Positions 12,001 to 20,804 are shown, counted from the stretch's first letter. The stretch is DNA of 64,000 bases from Phycisphaerae bacterium (GCA_012729015.1 JAAYDY010000072.1:8920-72919); one strand, 5' to 3'. A program made the numbers and translations. The notes: a model not told the origin generated them from the sequence alone.

Positions 12001-14598
12001 CTTCAGGCTGCGGGGGCCGGTGGTCCTCAGGGCCCCGGAGGCCAGCTTGGCCGCCAACTCGTCGAGCAGTCGCAGCGACTGCCGCACGGCGGCCTCGACG
12101 CGCTGCGTGGGCCGCTCGTGGTCGACAACTCTCGGACTGAGCAGCCGCAGCGGGTGATGGGCCAGAATGCCGTCGGGCTGGATGTCGGCCACCGCGGCGG
12201 TCACCTGCTCGATGGTCTGGCGATGGGCCAGCCACTCGGCGTAGTCTGGCAGCGACTCCAGCTCAGCGGGGCTGAGCCCGGGCGCGGCCTCGTGGAGTTC
12301 GATGGCCCGCTCGAGCAGTTCGCGGACGGGGAGGTCCGCCTCGCTCGCCGGCGCCAGCATGGCCTGGTTGAACTCCTGCAGGGGCTCCAACTCCTGGATC
12401 AGCATCTTGACGAGGTTGGCCCGCCGCCGCTGCCAGGACTTGGGCTTGGTTCTGGTCTCGGCCAGGAGCCCTTCGTAGGTCGCCTTCAGTTCGAGGATGA
12501 ACTCCTTCTTGTCGCTCTGGGAATCGTGGATGAGGCAGCAGAGATGCTGGAGCCCCTGCTGGCGGAGCCGGGCGAAGACGACGTCGATGGCGGCCCGCTT
12601 CTCGCAGACGAACAGGACGCGTTTGCCCTGCATCACGTAGTCGGCGATCAGGTTGGTGATCGTCTGCGACTTGCCCGTGCCGGGCGGTCCCTGGATGATG
12701 TAGTCGGCGCCGTCGCGGGCCAGGGCGATGGCCGTGGCCTGCGTCGGGTCGCAGGGCAGGATGTGGCAGCGATCCTCCAGCGGCGGGGCCGGCGGCGCCT
12801 CGTGCTCGACCGTCCGCGGCGCGAGCGAGAAGATGGCGTCGAAGGCCGGGCTCTCGAGGCCATCGGCCAACAGCTCGGCATAGTCGCGGACCAGGGTCAT
12901 CTTGCGGTACTTGAAGTTGCCGAGCGTCAGGCGGCACAGATCGAAATCCCAGGTGTACGGATTGCCGTCGCCCTCGGCGCGTAAGGCGTAGAACTGGCGG
13001 CTCTTCTCGGCCACGGGCGCCTCGGGCTCCACCATGAAGTTGCGCGGCGTGGGGTTCTCCTGGATAATCTCGCGCAAGTGCGTGGCGCTGGGCCGGATGC
13101 GGGCCCGGAACAGGGCCAGCCCCAGCGGGTGGAAGTTGGCTGGGTCGTAGCTGTAGTCCACCTGCATGAAGCTGCGCACGCCGGCACCGGCCAGGCGGGC
13201 GTTGCGGCGATAGCGGTCCAGTCGCCGGCGGGCCAGGTCGTGGATCAGGTCGATGCGTGGCCGGTCGATCTTGTTGAGCGTGACGCCCGGGTCGCTGGCG
13301 GTGATCTGGGCGGCCAGGCGGTCGTAGAACGCGTCGAGCGTGGTCTCGGCAAGGTCGATCGTCGCCGGCAGGTCGAGGTCGTAGACCTGCTTGAAGAGGT
13401 GCCGGACAACGGGGTTGATCTCGGCCTCGGACGACAGCGGCTGGACAAGGTAGGTGTCGCGAATGCCCTTCTTCTTGACGAGGCTCACCGGCAGCAGCAC
13501 CAAGGGCGAGTCGTAGGTCTCGGGCGGATCGGCCTTGACGTTGGCCCAGCGCAGGAAGACCAGGGCCAGGCGCAATTGCTCGAAGCCGAACTCGGCGGCG
13601 TCGCGCCGGGCGTCGGCCCGGATGTGGTCGAGCACACTCGGCAGGAAGAGCTGTTCGGAGAAATTGAGATAGCGGTTTAGCGAGACCGGCTCGGCGGCCG
13701 AGATGGCCCGGGCGAACTCGCCCTTCCAGGCCAGGATCTGTTCGGGCCGGATGCTCCGGACGTCGAACGACAGCGGCACCGAGGCGTGCGTCAGGTTGAC
13801 GGTGTGCATTGTCGGCCGAAAATGCAGGAGCCGGTTGCGGCGCGACAGTTCGAACAGGCGTTCCTGGAGCTTGCCGAGGATGACCTGCCTGCGCGGCCCG
13901 GCAGCCGCCTGGGCCTCGGTGCTCGCCAGGTCGAAGGCGAAGTCGACGTTCTGATCGCGGTAGTTGGCCAGGTTGTCGATCAGGGTCGAGAGGTCCTGCG
14001 GCCGGCGGTGGCGACTGAGCTCGGTCATGCGGACGATGGCCTTGGCCAGCACCGGGTGCAGTTGCGGACGGATGCCGAACAGGTTCTGCCGATTGGCGAC
14101 GAAGGCCTCCAGGTCCTCCGGCTGGTTGAAGTCCAGCCCGCAGGCCAGGCTGGCCAGAATCATGCCCAGGCAGAACACGTCCGACAGCGGATCGTGATGG
14201 CCGACCTGCTGCTCCCAGCAGACGTACCCCGGCAGGTAGACCGGCTGGGTGACCTCCTGGTCCCGGGCGCCGATGAGCAGGTTGGCCGACCGCTCCGGGC
14301 CGTCGTCGACGTCGATGGTCCGTTTGCTCTGCGACAGGATCTCGACCCCGCCGACCTCGCGGTCGAGCTGGCGGACGCGGGCCCCGTTGGCGCGCGGCGG
14401 CAGAGACGACGACTCGGGGAACCAGAGCTGCACGCCCTCGACCTGGAGCAACGCCACCCCCACCAGCGGGGCGACCTTGCCCGCCGTATGGAGCTGGGCC
14501 ACCTGACGAGCCAGGGGCAGGAAACTGGCCAGGGTGTCCTCGGTGGAGAACCCGCCCAGTTCGAAACGCGACAGGAGGAATTCGTGGAACGTGGCCAT
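9043..14598 (-). CDS. 1851-aa multidomain protein: kinase-like (catalytically dead) N-domain, DUF4011-like region, Upf1/DNA2-like SF1 helicase, restriction-endonuclease-like domain, C-terminal WGR domain
   Basis: ORF 9043..14940, trimmed to MATFHEF... (ATG at 14598), because the upstream part overlaps the preceding gene. Kinase C-lobe-like YLPGYVCWEQQVGHHDPLSDVFCLGMILASLACG, with no HRD motif or Gly-loop. Helicase motifs are GPPGTGKSQ, VVIFDEASQ, VVGDEMQLPP, WHYRSRSESLI, QGDERDVMILS and RLNVAFSRAK. REase-like segment GYAVATGVGMSHFRCDVAA...LGILVD. WGR-like segment YFEFVGGNSAKFWEVALDDRTVTVRFGRIGARGQTQ. Confidence 0.85.
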   Translation of the reverse strand: MATFHEFLLSRFELGGFSTEDTLASFLPLARQVAQLHTAGKVAPLVGVALLQVEGVQLWFPESSSLPPRANGARVRQLDREVGGVEILSQSKRTIDVDDGPERSANLLIGARDQEVTQPVYLPGYVCWEQQVGHHDPLSDVFCLGMILASLACGLDFNQPEDLEAFVANRQNLFGIRPQLHPVLAKAIVRMTELSRHRRPQDLSTLIDNLANYRDQNVDFAFDLASTEAQAAAGPRRQVILGKLQERLFELSRRNRLLHFRPTMHTVNLTHASVPLSFDVRSIRPEQILAWKGEFARAISAAEPVSLNRYLNFSEQLFLPSVLDHIRADARRDAAEFGFEQLRLALVFLRWANVKADPPETYDSPLVLLPVSLVKKKGIRDTYLVQPLSSEAEINPVVRHLFKQVYDLDLPATIDLAETTLDAFYDRLAAQITASDPGVTLNKIDRPRIDLIHDLARRRLDRYRRNARLAGAGVRSFMQVDYSYDPANFHPLGLALFRARIRPSATHLREIIQENPTPRNFMVEPEAPVAEKSRQFYALRAEGDGNPYTWDFDLCRLTLGNFKYRKMTLVRDYAELLADGLESPAFDAIFSLAPRTVEHEAPPAPPLEDRCHILPCDPTQATAIALARDGADYIIQGPPGTGKSQTITNLIADYVMQGKRVLFVCEKRAAIDVVFARLRQQGLQHLCCLIHDSQSDKKEFILELKATYEGLLAETRTKPKSWQRRRANLVKMLIQELEPLQEFNQAMLAPASEADLPVRELLERAIELHEAAPGLSPAELESLPDYAEWLAHRQTIEQVTAAVADIQPDGILAHHPLRLLSPRVVDHERPTQRVEAAVRQSLRLLDELAAKLASGALRTTGPRSLKDVETLVQYAAAVEPLAAAGLVALLDPGSPLSQRMAEGLKQLEVSQAALAHARQATTHWIEKLPPQEVRPALEQAQALEGRLLAFLNPAWWRLRKALGKRYRFADHVMRPRWSQVLMALEAEYQAEDALAAAEAALCRILAVDRPLQTVQQQVQLGRRAAQGVAGGLQTLHQAVLRSEQPRQLVEPLLGMRQVAQELREACAAVLDDFEERPLDGLRKDLWTVEQSLDALGDFLFCLGRLARLPQRLAHAFRTMELDAAGLEAAMAHAAVARLFRANRTLHHFTGAVRDAQVDRLARLSRKWQEVNAASVLEMARQRFLEHVHVASLPAASLTEEQKEFKAAFRRGRRELEHEFGKVMRHKSIRDLATGDTGLVLEDLKPIWLMSPLSVSDTLPLKTDAFDVVIFDEASQITLEEAVPSVFRARQAIVVGDEMQLPPTDFFSAKGQDEDEDGLLLSENGQTFEYDLSSNSFLAHAARNLPSRMLGWHYRSRSESLISFSNWAFYQGRLLTVPEEQVTVSTHEEIVAADPGDGKDNVARLLDRPVSFHYLSGGLYDNRRNRAEADYIAHLVRGLLLGGCGYSIGIVAFSEAQQNEITSALSRLAAEDAAFAERLEEETEREVDGQFVGLLVKNLENIQGDERDVMILSVCYGYAPDGKMRMNFGPINQSGGEKRLNVAFSRAKHHMAVVSSIHHSDITNDYNDGANCLKSYLRYAAACSVGDVAASQRILRELAVWRDLQEVHEPPPSPVVEQVAAALRERGYAVATGVGMSHFRCDVAARRHGDPHYRLGILVDTATHYQQEDLLERDMMRPQLLQAFGWRITHVLSCDWYRDRAAVLEHLVQAVEQDEEPPQVEPEEDDTEDAWAEFDGPDEPEPDAEATPEGQPPPHSEMPPGDGAPQRPAAPVPLVIQPFARYFEFVGGNSAKFWEVALDDRTVTVRFGRIGARGQTQKKVFADNVTAAHTARKLIRQKLGKGYSEKPVPNKE

Positions 14599-14600
14599 GG

Positions 14601-15806
14601 TCAGTCCGTGGCCTCCGCAGCCCGGGCGACAATTGTCGCCGCATTGGCCTCGATGGCCTCCATCTGCTTCTTGCGCAGCTTCAACTCCTTCACCGCCAAC
14701 TGCCGGAACCGCTCGCCGAGCCCCAGGGCGTCGCTCAGGAGCATGGCCGCCGCCAGCGGCGCTTCCTCCAGATCCCGGTCGGCCACGGCGAAATCGAGCA
14801 TCACATAGCAGAAGTAGTCGCGGAGATTCTCGTTGTCGCAGGCCAGGTCGGAGGCCAGGTCGCCGTCGACGGCTCCCGCGGGCTGGAAGTCGTCGAAGAA
14901 CAGCCGGGCATGGGCCAGGGTCGCCTCGGTGCGCAGCCACGCCGGGCGCAGCAGTGCCGCGATGAGCCGCCGCGTGAGGCCCGAGACCTTCTGCTGTGCG
15001 AGCAGGTCGAGCTCGGACAGCGACAGCGGGCCCTCGATGGTGCGAGCGATCTCGGCGGCAGCGACATGGTCCTGCTCAACCCAGAGCTGCATCGCCTTGA
15101 CGCGGATGAACGTTTCGGGGTGCGTCACGCCCTCGCTCCGGGGGTGGCCCTTGTCGAAGATCTCCTGCGTCTGGCGGAGGTAGCTGTCGGCCGAAACATC
15201 TGTGGTCCCGGTCTCCAGCTTCACCAGCGAGGTAATGCAGGCGTCGAGGTCGCCGGTAACGCGGTGCGCGCCGCGGTCGCAGTAGACTTCGCTGTAGAGT
15301 TGAAAGAGCCGTGCGCTGGCGAAGTGCGACGGCTCGGCCTGGGCGTCGTTGGTCATGGCCGACAGGATCTGCGAGGCGATCAGGTAGTCGCTCCAGCGGT
15401 CGAGCAGGCCGAAGTGCAGCAGTTCGTGGCCCAGGACGCAGCGGAGCTCGGTGCCGGTCAGCGTCGTCGTCACCGGCCCGGTGAAGACGACATGGGCCTC
15501 GCCCGGCATGTACGCCAGCGACGCGTTCAGGCCGACGGCCGTCTGGGCCTGGTAGAACGTGATGGGCACGTTCAACCCGAGGTCCCTGGCCACGTCCTCG
15601 GCCGACGCGTAGAGCATCCCGTTGGCGTCAGGCTCCACGCGATAGGTCGACTTCAGGAGATCGAGCCGTACCTCGTCGTTCTGCTGAGCCCGCAGCCGGC
15701 CCGAAGCGAACCACTTCCAGAGGTCCGCCTCCTCGCTCTGGAGATAATGGATCATCTCGACGTGGTAAGCCAGCGGCTCCAATGGCAAGGGAAAGACCTG
15801 GTCCAC
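14601..15806 (-). CDS. HExxH zinc-metalloprotease-like protein (M48-like), coupled to the helicase gene
   Basis: ORF 14601..15806 (GTG start, uncertain). It contains AHVVFTGPVTTTLTGTELRCVLGHELLHFGLLD, an HELLH motif in an M48-like context. Its stop is separated from the downstream ATG by 2 nt (TGA-CC-ATG). Confidence 0.6.
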   Translation of the reverse strand: MDQVFPLPLEPLAYHVEMIHYLQSEEADLWKWFASGRLRAQQNDEVRLDLLKSTYRVEPDANGMLYASAEDVARDLGLNVPITFYQAQTAVGLNASLAYMPGEAHVVFTGPVTTTLTGTELRCVLGHELLHFGLLDRWSDYLIASQILSAMTNDAQAEPSHFASARLFQLYSEVYCDRGAHRVTGDLDACITSLVKLETGTTDVSADSYLRQTQEIFDKGHPRSEGVTHPETFIRVKAMQLWVEQDHVAAAEIARTIEGPLSLSELDLLAQQKVSGLTRRLIAALLRPAWLRTEATLAHARLFFDDFQPAGAVDGDLASDLACDNENLRDYFCYVMLDFAVADRDLEEAPLAAAMLLSDALGLGERFRQLAVKELKLRKKQMEAIEANAATIVARAAEATD

Positions 15807-15911
15807 CTCTAGGTGCCCCCATCAATGCATCGGCGGCGACTGGTGTGCATGCCCGTGGACATGATAGCAAAACGGCCTCGCGTTTGCACGCACAACTCGC
15901 CTGCGCCGCCA

Positions 15912-16145
15912 TCAGCCGTAGGACTTCGCGACAGGAGTGAGCCTCTCCTCCGCAGGAACGTAGTGCTCAACGCGAGCGGACCTCCATTGCACGTCCACCG
16001 TTGGCGCATTGAGTGTCGCCAACTCGCCATACGCTCCATCGAACACAGCAGCAATGTCCTCCGTGAGCGCCGCAGGCACAATTGCCGAGTCTGCGTCGGT
16101 GCAGTTCAGATGGACCATCCGGCGAAGCATCCCGGAATGCTCTGC
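15912..16145 (-). pseudogene. 3' fragment of an Imm7-like immunity gene (paralogue of the 3' end of 17984..19096)
   Basis: ...MLRRMVHLNCTDADSAIVPAALTEDIAAVFDGAYGELATLNAPTVDVQWRSARVEHYVPAEERLTPVAKSYG aligns residue-for-residue with the C-terminus of the 17984..19198 ORF. The upstream part of ORF 15912..16394 is out-of-frame read-through. Confidence 0.45.
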
Positions 16146-16233
16146 AGGATTCTTGTGGGTATATTCTTCCCTGTCACACACTTGCAGCGTGAGCAAGGAC
16201 TCCGATGGCCAGTGTGTCTTGCGAGTCGGCGCG

Positions 16234-16470
16234 CTATTGCGTCGCGCCGAGCAGGCGCGAGGCGGTTCTTGTGTCGTGGCCGTCGGCATCCACCGGGCCG
16301 AAGCCGCGGCGGTAGTCCCAGTTGGCGAAGGCCATGTCGAGTTCGTCGAACACACTGACAATGTCGCGGTACCAGCGGCTGCGGGCCAGGACATCGCTCA
16401 GGTCACGCCAGAGGTCCGTGAAGTGCCGCGCCGCCGCGGCCTCCGTGTAGAGGGCACCGACGACGAAGAC
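16234..16470 (-). pseudogene. GH5-like (cellulase family) gene 3' fragment, copy A
   Basis: ...RWYRDIVSVFDELDMAFANWDYRRGFGPVDADGHDTRTASRLLGATQ* is about 80% identical at nucleotide level over about 150 nt to the 3' end of 20805..21179. No N-terminal part is present. Confidence 0.5.
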
Positions 16471-16482
16471 GACCGCGGCCGC

Positions 16483-16839
16483 GTGGTCCATTTGCACGGG
16501 CTGAGGCATTCGCTTATTTCGACCCTGGCCCGAGCCGGTGTGCACCCCCGCAACGCCCAGGCTCTGGCCCGTCACAGCACCATCGACCTGACGATGAACG
16601 TCCACACCCACGTCAGCATGCACGACCTGAGGCGCGATGTCGAGAGCCTGCCCGCCTTGGGTGCGGCCTCCAGCGACCCTGCCGCCGCACCCGGTGCTGT
16701 GACGGTGCCACAGGCAACAGAGGCCGCCGGGGGCGTTCCCACCACAGCCGTCCCCGAAGAACTGTCCGGGCTCACGCACAAATGGGGCGAGTTGCCCGAG
16801 CACATCCGAAGCGCCATCGTCTCCCTGGCCCACGGGTAG
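16483..16839 (+). pseudogene. Tyrosine recombinase (phage integrase) C-terminal remnant with the catalytic Tyr replaced by His
   Basis: LHGLRHSLISTLARAGVHPRNAQALARHSTIDLTMNVHTHV matches the box I/box II region (HxxR ... H ... Y). Only about 118 aa are present, and the expected Y codon reads CAC (16603-16605). Confidence 0.7.
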
Positions 16840-17042
16840 GCTTGGTCTGGCCGGGGGCTTCTGCATCACCTCCGTTCCTTGTAGACAGAATTGGCTACTG
16901 GCAGAAGGAAGCGGCTACTAATTGGCTACTCTGCCGTGGTCCTGGGTCTCACCAATACCAGGGCTTGCCGAGCCCGGGCATGGTCTGACCTGTTACGGTT
17001 CACTGTCACACCATGTCGCAGCTCGGCCCACTGCCTTGTGTC

Positions 17043-17810
17043 TCATTGGGCCTCGTGTGCAATTGCCTTCGCGAGGTCCCTGAAAGTCAGCAACCGACCA
17101 AAGGTGACTGACTTCGCGGGTAGCCGTGCGACCACCCAGACGCTTGCGTATGAAACGGCCATGACCGCGAGACTGGCGTAGCCGACAAACATGAGGGGCG
17201 GCCACACTAAGCCGAAGCACAGGAGGACGAAGCCAACCAGGCCTCCCATGCCGAACCCCCAAAGGCATGTGTTGTGCAAGGGAGCGTGAACGCGGACCAA
17301 TGGCAGCTTGTTGGGCGAAAGCTGAGAAATGGGGCCGAGGAAGACGCCTGGGTACTTTCGGGTGTATTCGGCCAGCGGGGTAGAAGGCGTGATTCCTGAC
17401 ACATCCGCCCCCGCCTTGCGCAATTCGGAACACACCGCGAAGAACGCTCCCGCGGGCTTGCAGTCCTTGCCAAGAATCCGCACGGCAGCGATCTCTTTCA
17501 TGGTGGCTCTGCGAGCAATGAAGTCGCACACATCGCGCAGCGTCCGCAGGTCGGCCGGCTCGAGCACAGAGTGCCATTCCTCATCAGTGTAGCCGAGATT
17601 CCATGCCTCATCGTAAGCCCGACCAAGCTGCCGCCACGCAAGCAGGTCGCAGGCAAGCCGCCACTCATCCACGGTGGTCTCAAACGTCAGAACGGCTTCG
17701 CGGTCGGCCTCGGGATCGAACTCGCATTGCTGTCGATGGCTGTCTGTGAGAACGCTCAGGATGTACTCTGGGGTCGCCTGCTTGCTCGTCGTGGATTCGG
17801 TCATCTCCAT
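17043..17810 (-). CDS. Hypothetical membrane protein (C-terminal TM helices)
   Basis: ORF 17043..17915, trimmed to MEMTEST.... The hydrophobic C-terminal half reads LWGFGMGGLVGFVLLCFGLVWPPLMFVGYASLAVMAVSYASVWVV. Lower GC than the flanks. Confidence 0.5.
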   Translation of the reverse strand: MEMTESTTSKQATPEYILSVLTDSHRQQCEFDPEADREAVLTFETTVDEWRLACDLLAWRQLGRAYDEAWNLGYTDEEWHSVLEPADLRTLRDVCDFIARRATMKEIAAVRILGKDCKPAGAFFAVCSELRKAGADVSGITPSTPLAEYTRKYPGVFLGPISQLSPNKLPLVRVHAPLHNTCLWGFGMGGLVGFVLLCFGLVWPPLMFVGYASLAVMAVSYASVWVVARLPAKSVTFGRLLTFRDLAKAIAHEAQ

Positions 17811-17983
17811 TGACGTGTTCTCCAGACTCAGCGATGGCAAGTGTCCGGCCGTGATTATACTTCGTTCCGCCCATCCGCGGAACACTCTGAACACGCGGAA
17901 CGTCAGGTATCCCATTTCTCCGTTATTGCCTGGCGGGCAATTCGCAAGAACTGGAGTGACGACGTGGCTCGCAAGGCCGGCTA

Positions 17984-19096
17984 TCAGCCGTAGGGCTTTG
18001 CGACAGGAGTGAACTTCCCTTCCGCAAGAACGTAGTGCTCAACACGAGCGGGACTCCATCGCACGTCCACCGTTGGCACACTGAGTGCCGCCAACTCGCC
18101 ATACGCCTTATCGAACACGGCGGCAATGTCCTTCATGAGCGCCGCTGGCACAGTTACCGAGTCTGTGTCGGTGCAGTTCAAATAGACCATCCGGGGAAGC
18201 ATCCTGGAATCCGTCAGTACCGCCCAGTGCCCTTCCTCGGGATTCACCTGCGACAGCAGTTGCTCAACCTTCGAGTACGCCTCTTGCAGGTCGCCGTCGT
18301 CCCAGTCATCGCGCGACGTGGCCAGAGCGATCCAGCCGTGGTATTCAATGCTCATATTGTTCTGCCCCTTCTCTTCTACGCCGCAGCCAGGTACCATGGC
18401 CGCCCATTGCTCGGCTCCCAAGTACTTCAGGGACTCAGTGATCACCATCTCCTCGGGCAGTGGTTCTGCGAATGAGAGATAGGCGGCACAGGCTGCTTCC
18501 CCGACTGTCCGAAGATCATCAACAACGCGAGCAACAAACTCCTGCGGCGGCATCGTCTTTCCTGAGGCAACGAGCTTATTAGTCCATGTCTCGTAGGGAA
18601 GGATTCCGAACCACCTCCCTTTCTTCAGAAGCACGTGCTCGATGTGGAATACAGCACCAGTCGAGTCCACCATGACGTCGGAATCATCCCAAGTGCCAGC
18701 GTCGCAAAGATCGGCATCTCCACACCATTCTTCGCGGCAATAGACACTGTGTCCCCCCCGATCGAAGACAATCACAGGCCACATAGGCGACGTATCTTTG
18801 CCAACCGAGAAAGGAGCTTCGACATGGCCACCCCAAGGTGCGCCGGACCAGTCCCACAAATGCCGAAGCTCCAGCCGTTGAACGTCACTGAACGCAGGCT
18901 CTTTCTCAGCCCCCTTGATGGCGTAGAGTACGTTCCACGTCCTGCACCTCACGCTGATGATGCCGCGCTCAATCTCTGAGCAGTCAACGACCTCGACATC
19001 CCGCCGGACGTCTGGGGCGAGGAAGCGAGTAACCACCCGCCCAGGGCGGTAGGTCCTCCGTCGGAGATACAGGCGAATGCTCCGTAGGATCCTCAT
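17984..19096 (-). CDS. Hypothetical protein with C-terminal Imm7-like immunity domain
   Basis: ORF 17984..19198, trimmed to MRILRSIRLY... (AGGAG 7 nt upstream). The C-terminal about 124 aa begin MSIEYHGWIALATSRDDWDD, resembling the start of Imm7-family immunity proteins. This may be an independent internal start. Confidence 0.5.
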   Translation of the reverse strand: MRILRSIRLYLRRRTYRPGRVVTRFLAPDVRRDVEVVDCSEIERGIISVRCRTWNVLYAIKGAEKEPAFSDVQRLELRHLWDWSGAPWGGHVEAPFSVGKDTSPMWPVIVFDRGGHSVYCREEWCGDADLCDAGTWDDSDVMVDSTGAVFHIEHVLLKKGRWFGILPYETWTNKLVASGKTMPPQEFVARVVDDLRTVGEAACAAYLSFAEPLPEEMVITESLKYLGAEQWAAMVPGCGVEEKGQNNMSIEYHGWIALATSRDDWDDGDLQEAYSKVEQLLSQVNPEEGHWAVLTDSRMLPRMVYLNCTDTDSVTVPAALMKDIAAVFDKAYGELAALSVPTVDVRWSPARVEHYVLAEGKFTPVAKPYG

Positions 19097-19194
19097 TGGC
19101 CCACTCCTCTGTGCACCCCTGTCGCAACGCGAGCAAGGCCACCGGCAGCGATGCTGCCTATCTCCAGAAGTTCTGTGTTCATCCCGCAAGCAGC

Positions 19195-19500
19195 TCACGC
19201 GGCCGTGCCGAGCCAGTCGACAACTAGAGCATAGGCTTGCTCCAGGACTGATCCTAGACCGAACAGGTCAGTCTGCATCTCTTCGGTGCGGTTGTCTCTG
19301 CCTCGCTTCCGATACACTGCCGCATGAACCACAACACTGCCATCCCCAGTGGGGGCGTCAACCCATATTTGTCCACGTTCTCCTTGGGGCCCTTGCAGGA
19401 GCACCGTGCGCACGTCTGTATCGTGATATAGGGTCTTCATGGCGAGCCCGTGCTTCATTGCCCACTCTTGAAGAAGGCTGTCCATCGGCTCGTAGCTCAT
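19195..19500 (-). CDS. Hypothetical small protein (101 aa)
   Basis: ORF in the low-GC cassette. Its stop overlaps the longest-ORF GTG of the next gene (GTGA at 19195-19198). No motif recognised. Confidence 0.4.
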   Translation of the reverse strand: MSYEPMDSLLQEWAMKHGLAMKTLYHDTDVRTVLLQGPQGERGQIWVDAPTGDGSVVVHAAVYRKRGRDNRTEEMQTDLFGLGSVLEQAYALVVDWLGTAA

Positions 19501-19566
19501 TGAAGTGGCGCTCCTAGGCCCAAGGTCTCAGTCTTGGCACTTGACACGGCCATCCCTTACTACGTT

Positions 19567-19631
19567 GTGCCGAGCAGCAGCGCGGCGGTTCCTGTGTCGT
19601 GGCTATCGGCATCCACCAGGCCGAAGCCGCC
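19567..19631 (-). repeat. GH5-like gene 3' end, copy B (about 65 nt only)
   Basis: gtgccgagcagcagcgcggcggttcctgtgtcgtggctatcggcatccaccaggccgaagccgcc is near-identical to 20813-20877 and to 16245-16310. Translated it gives GGFGLVDADSHDTGTAALLLG. Confidence 0.7.
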
Positions 19632-19643
19632 ACCCTCCTTCTC

Positions 19644-20189
19644 TCACGGTTGCTGTTTCTCAAGTACGTCGTCAAACCTGTCCGGATTGAACCGCTCGTA
19701 AGGTCCCCACCAGCGTCCGGAGGGCGTCTGGGGAAGCGTGTGGATTCGCTGGAGAGATTCTACGTGGTGTTTCAGACAGAACACAGAGCCTTTAATGGCG
19801 TGCTTCGAGCATCCTTCCTTGCGGCAGGAGTTTGTGCTTGCGACGAACTTCTGTATTGTCAGGAAACGGTCTATGCTGGCCGCGAAGATCAAGACCTCGT
19901 CAGGGTCGACGAATGGCAGTTCCAGCCAATCGGACAACTCTATCGCGGGTACGCCGAATAGGTAAGGCTTGGCTCCCCAGTTCCACGCACTGCTTCGCTG
20001 CCAGCATTGGTTGCACACGGGGCACTTCATCAGCACGTGCTCGCCGTCTGGGTGCTTGCCCAGAACCACGAGTCGGGTGGCGATCTTCTTATACTCGCCG
20101 GCCCGACGAGTGATGGCTTCTCGCTGGAGCTCCAGGGCACCATACTGGTGGCACGGGCAGCCTGCTTGGTCGCGATTCTGGTCGTCCAT
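19644..20189 (-). CDS. Hypothetical Cys-rich (probable zinc-binding) protein, 181 aa
   Basis: ORF with CPCH, CPVCNQC and CRKEGCSKHAIKGSVFCLKHH clusters. Low-GC cassette. Confidence 0.5.
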   Translation of the reverse strand: MDDQNRDQAGCPCHQYGALELQREAITRRAGEYKKIATRLVVLGKHPDGEHVLMKCPVCNQCWQRSSAWNWGAKPYLFGVPAIELSDWLELPFVDPDEVLIFAASIDRFLTIQKFVASTNSCRKEGCSKHAIKGSVFCLKHHVESLQRIHTLPQTPSGRWWGPYERFNPDRFDDVLEKQQP

Positions 20190-20204
20190 GGGCCAGTCCT
20201 CATG

Positions 20205-20792
20205 TTATGGAAGACGCACCCGCAGCTCGCGGTACACATACTCTTGATCTCTGACTTCACATTCGGGCGAATAGAATTGCAGCATCGCCCGGTGAATCCC
20301 AGGAGCCACATGTAGGCCGAGAGGCGAGGATTCAATGTGGCCAACGATCTCATCGCTGGTGAGCCCCACATTCTTGATATCGCTGAAGACCGCTTCCAAC
20401 TGCGGCACGGTGAGACTGCCGGGGAAGTCGACCGTGAGATTCAGCAGGATGCCAAACGGCTTGTGGAATTGCTCGAACTCCTGCATGACTTCGTGGTGCT
20501 CAGCAACGTACCTCTGCAGTTGTTCCGTCTCTTCGGGCGACAGCGGCTCGACGAGCCAGAGCGACAACTGCTCGTTGTCGACCGATGGCTTCCACGCCTT
20601 GCTCAAGAGACGTCGAGCAAGGACCATCCCGTCTCGATTCTTCCTCTTGCGATCCGCCAGGTGAAACCGCGGGCGATAGACATCCATGATGACGCGAAGC
20701 ACCTTGCAGATACCACACGAGTCACTCGACCGAATCCAACTCCCCGGCTCAGGTATCATCGGCGGGTGCCTGCTGCGACCTTGTAGTGTCAT
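20205..20792 (-). CDS. Hypothetical protein, 195 aa (start uncertain)
   Basis: ORF directly downstream of the GH5 remnant. No motif recognised. Confidence 0.4.
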   Translation of the reverse strand: MTLQGRSRHPPMIPEPGSWIRSSDSCGICKVLRVIMDVYRPRFHLADRKRKNRDGMVLARRLLSKAWKPSVDNEQLSLWLVEPLSPEETEQLQRYVAEHHEVMQEFEQFHKPFGILLNLTVDFPGSLTVPQLEAVFSDIKNVGLTSDEIVGHIESSPLGLHVAPGIHRAMLQFYSPECEVRDQEYVYRELRVRLP

Positions 20793-20804
20793 TCCGGTCC
20801 CCTG

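Noticed and set aside
9952-12984. 1010-aa + strand ORF, plus 631-aa and 793-aa minus-strand ORFs, inside the helicase gene
   Set aside because: These are antisense or out-of-frame shadows. They have no motifs and an extreme Arg/Gly/Pro bias, and the helicase frame carries complete SF1 motifs.
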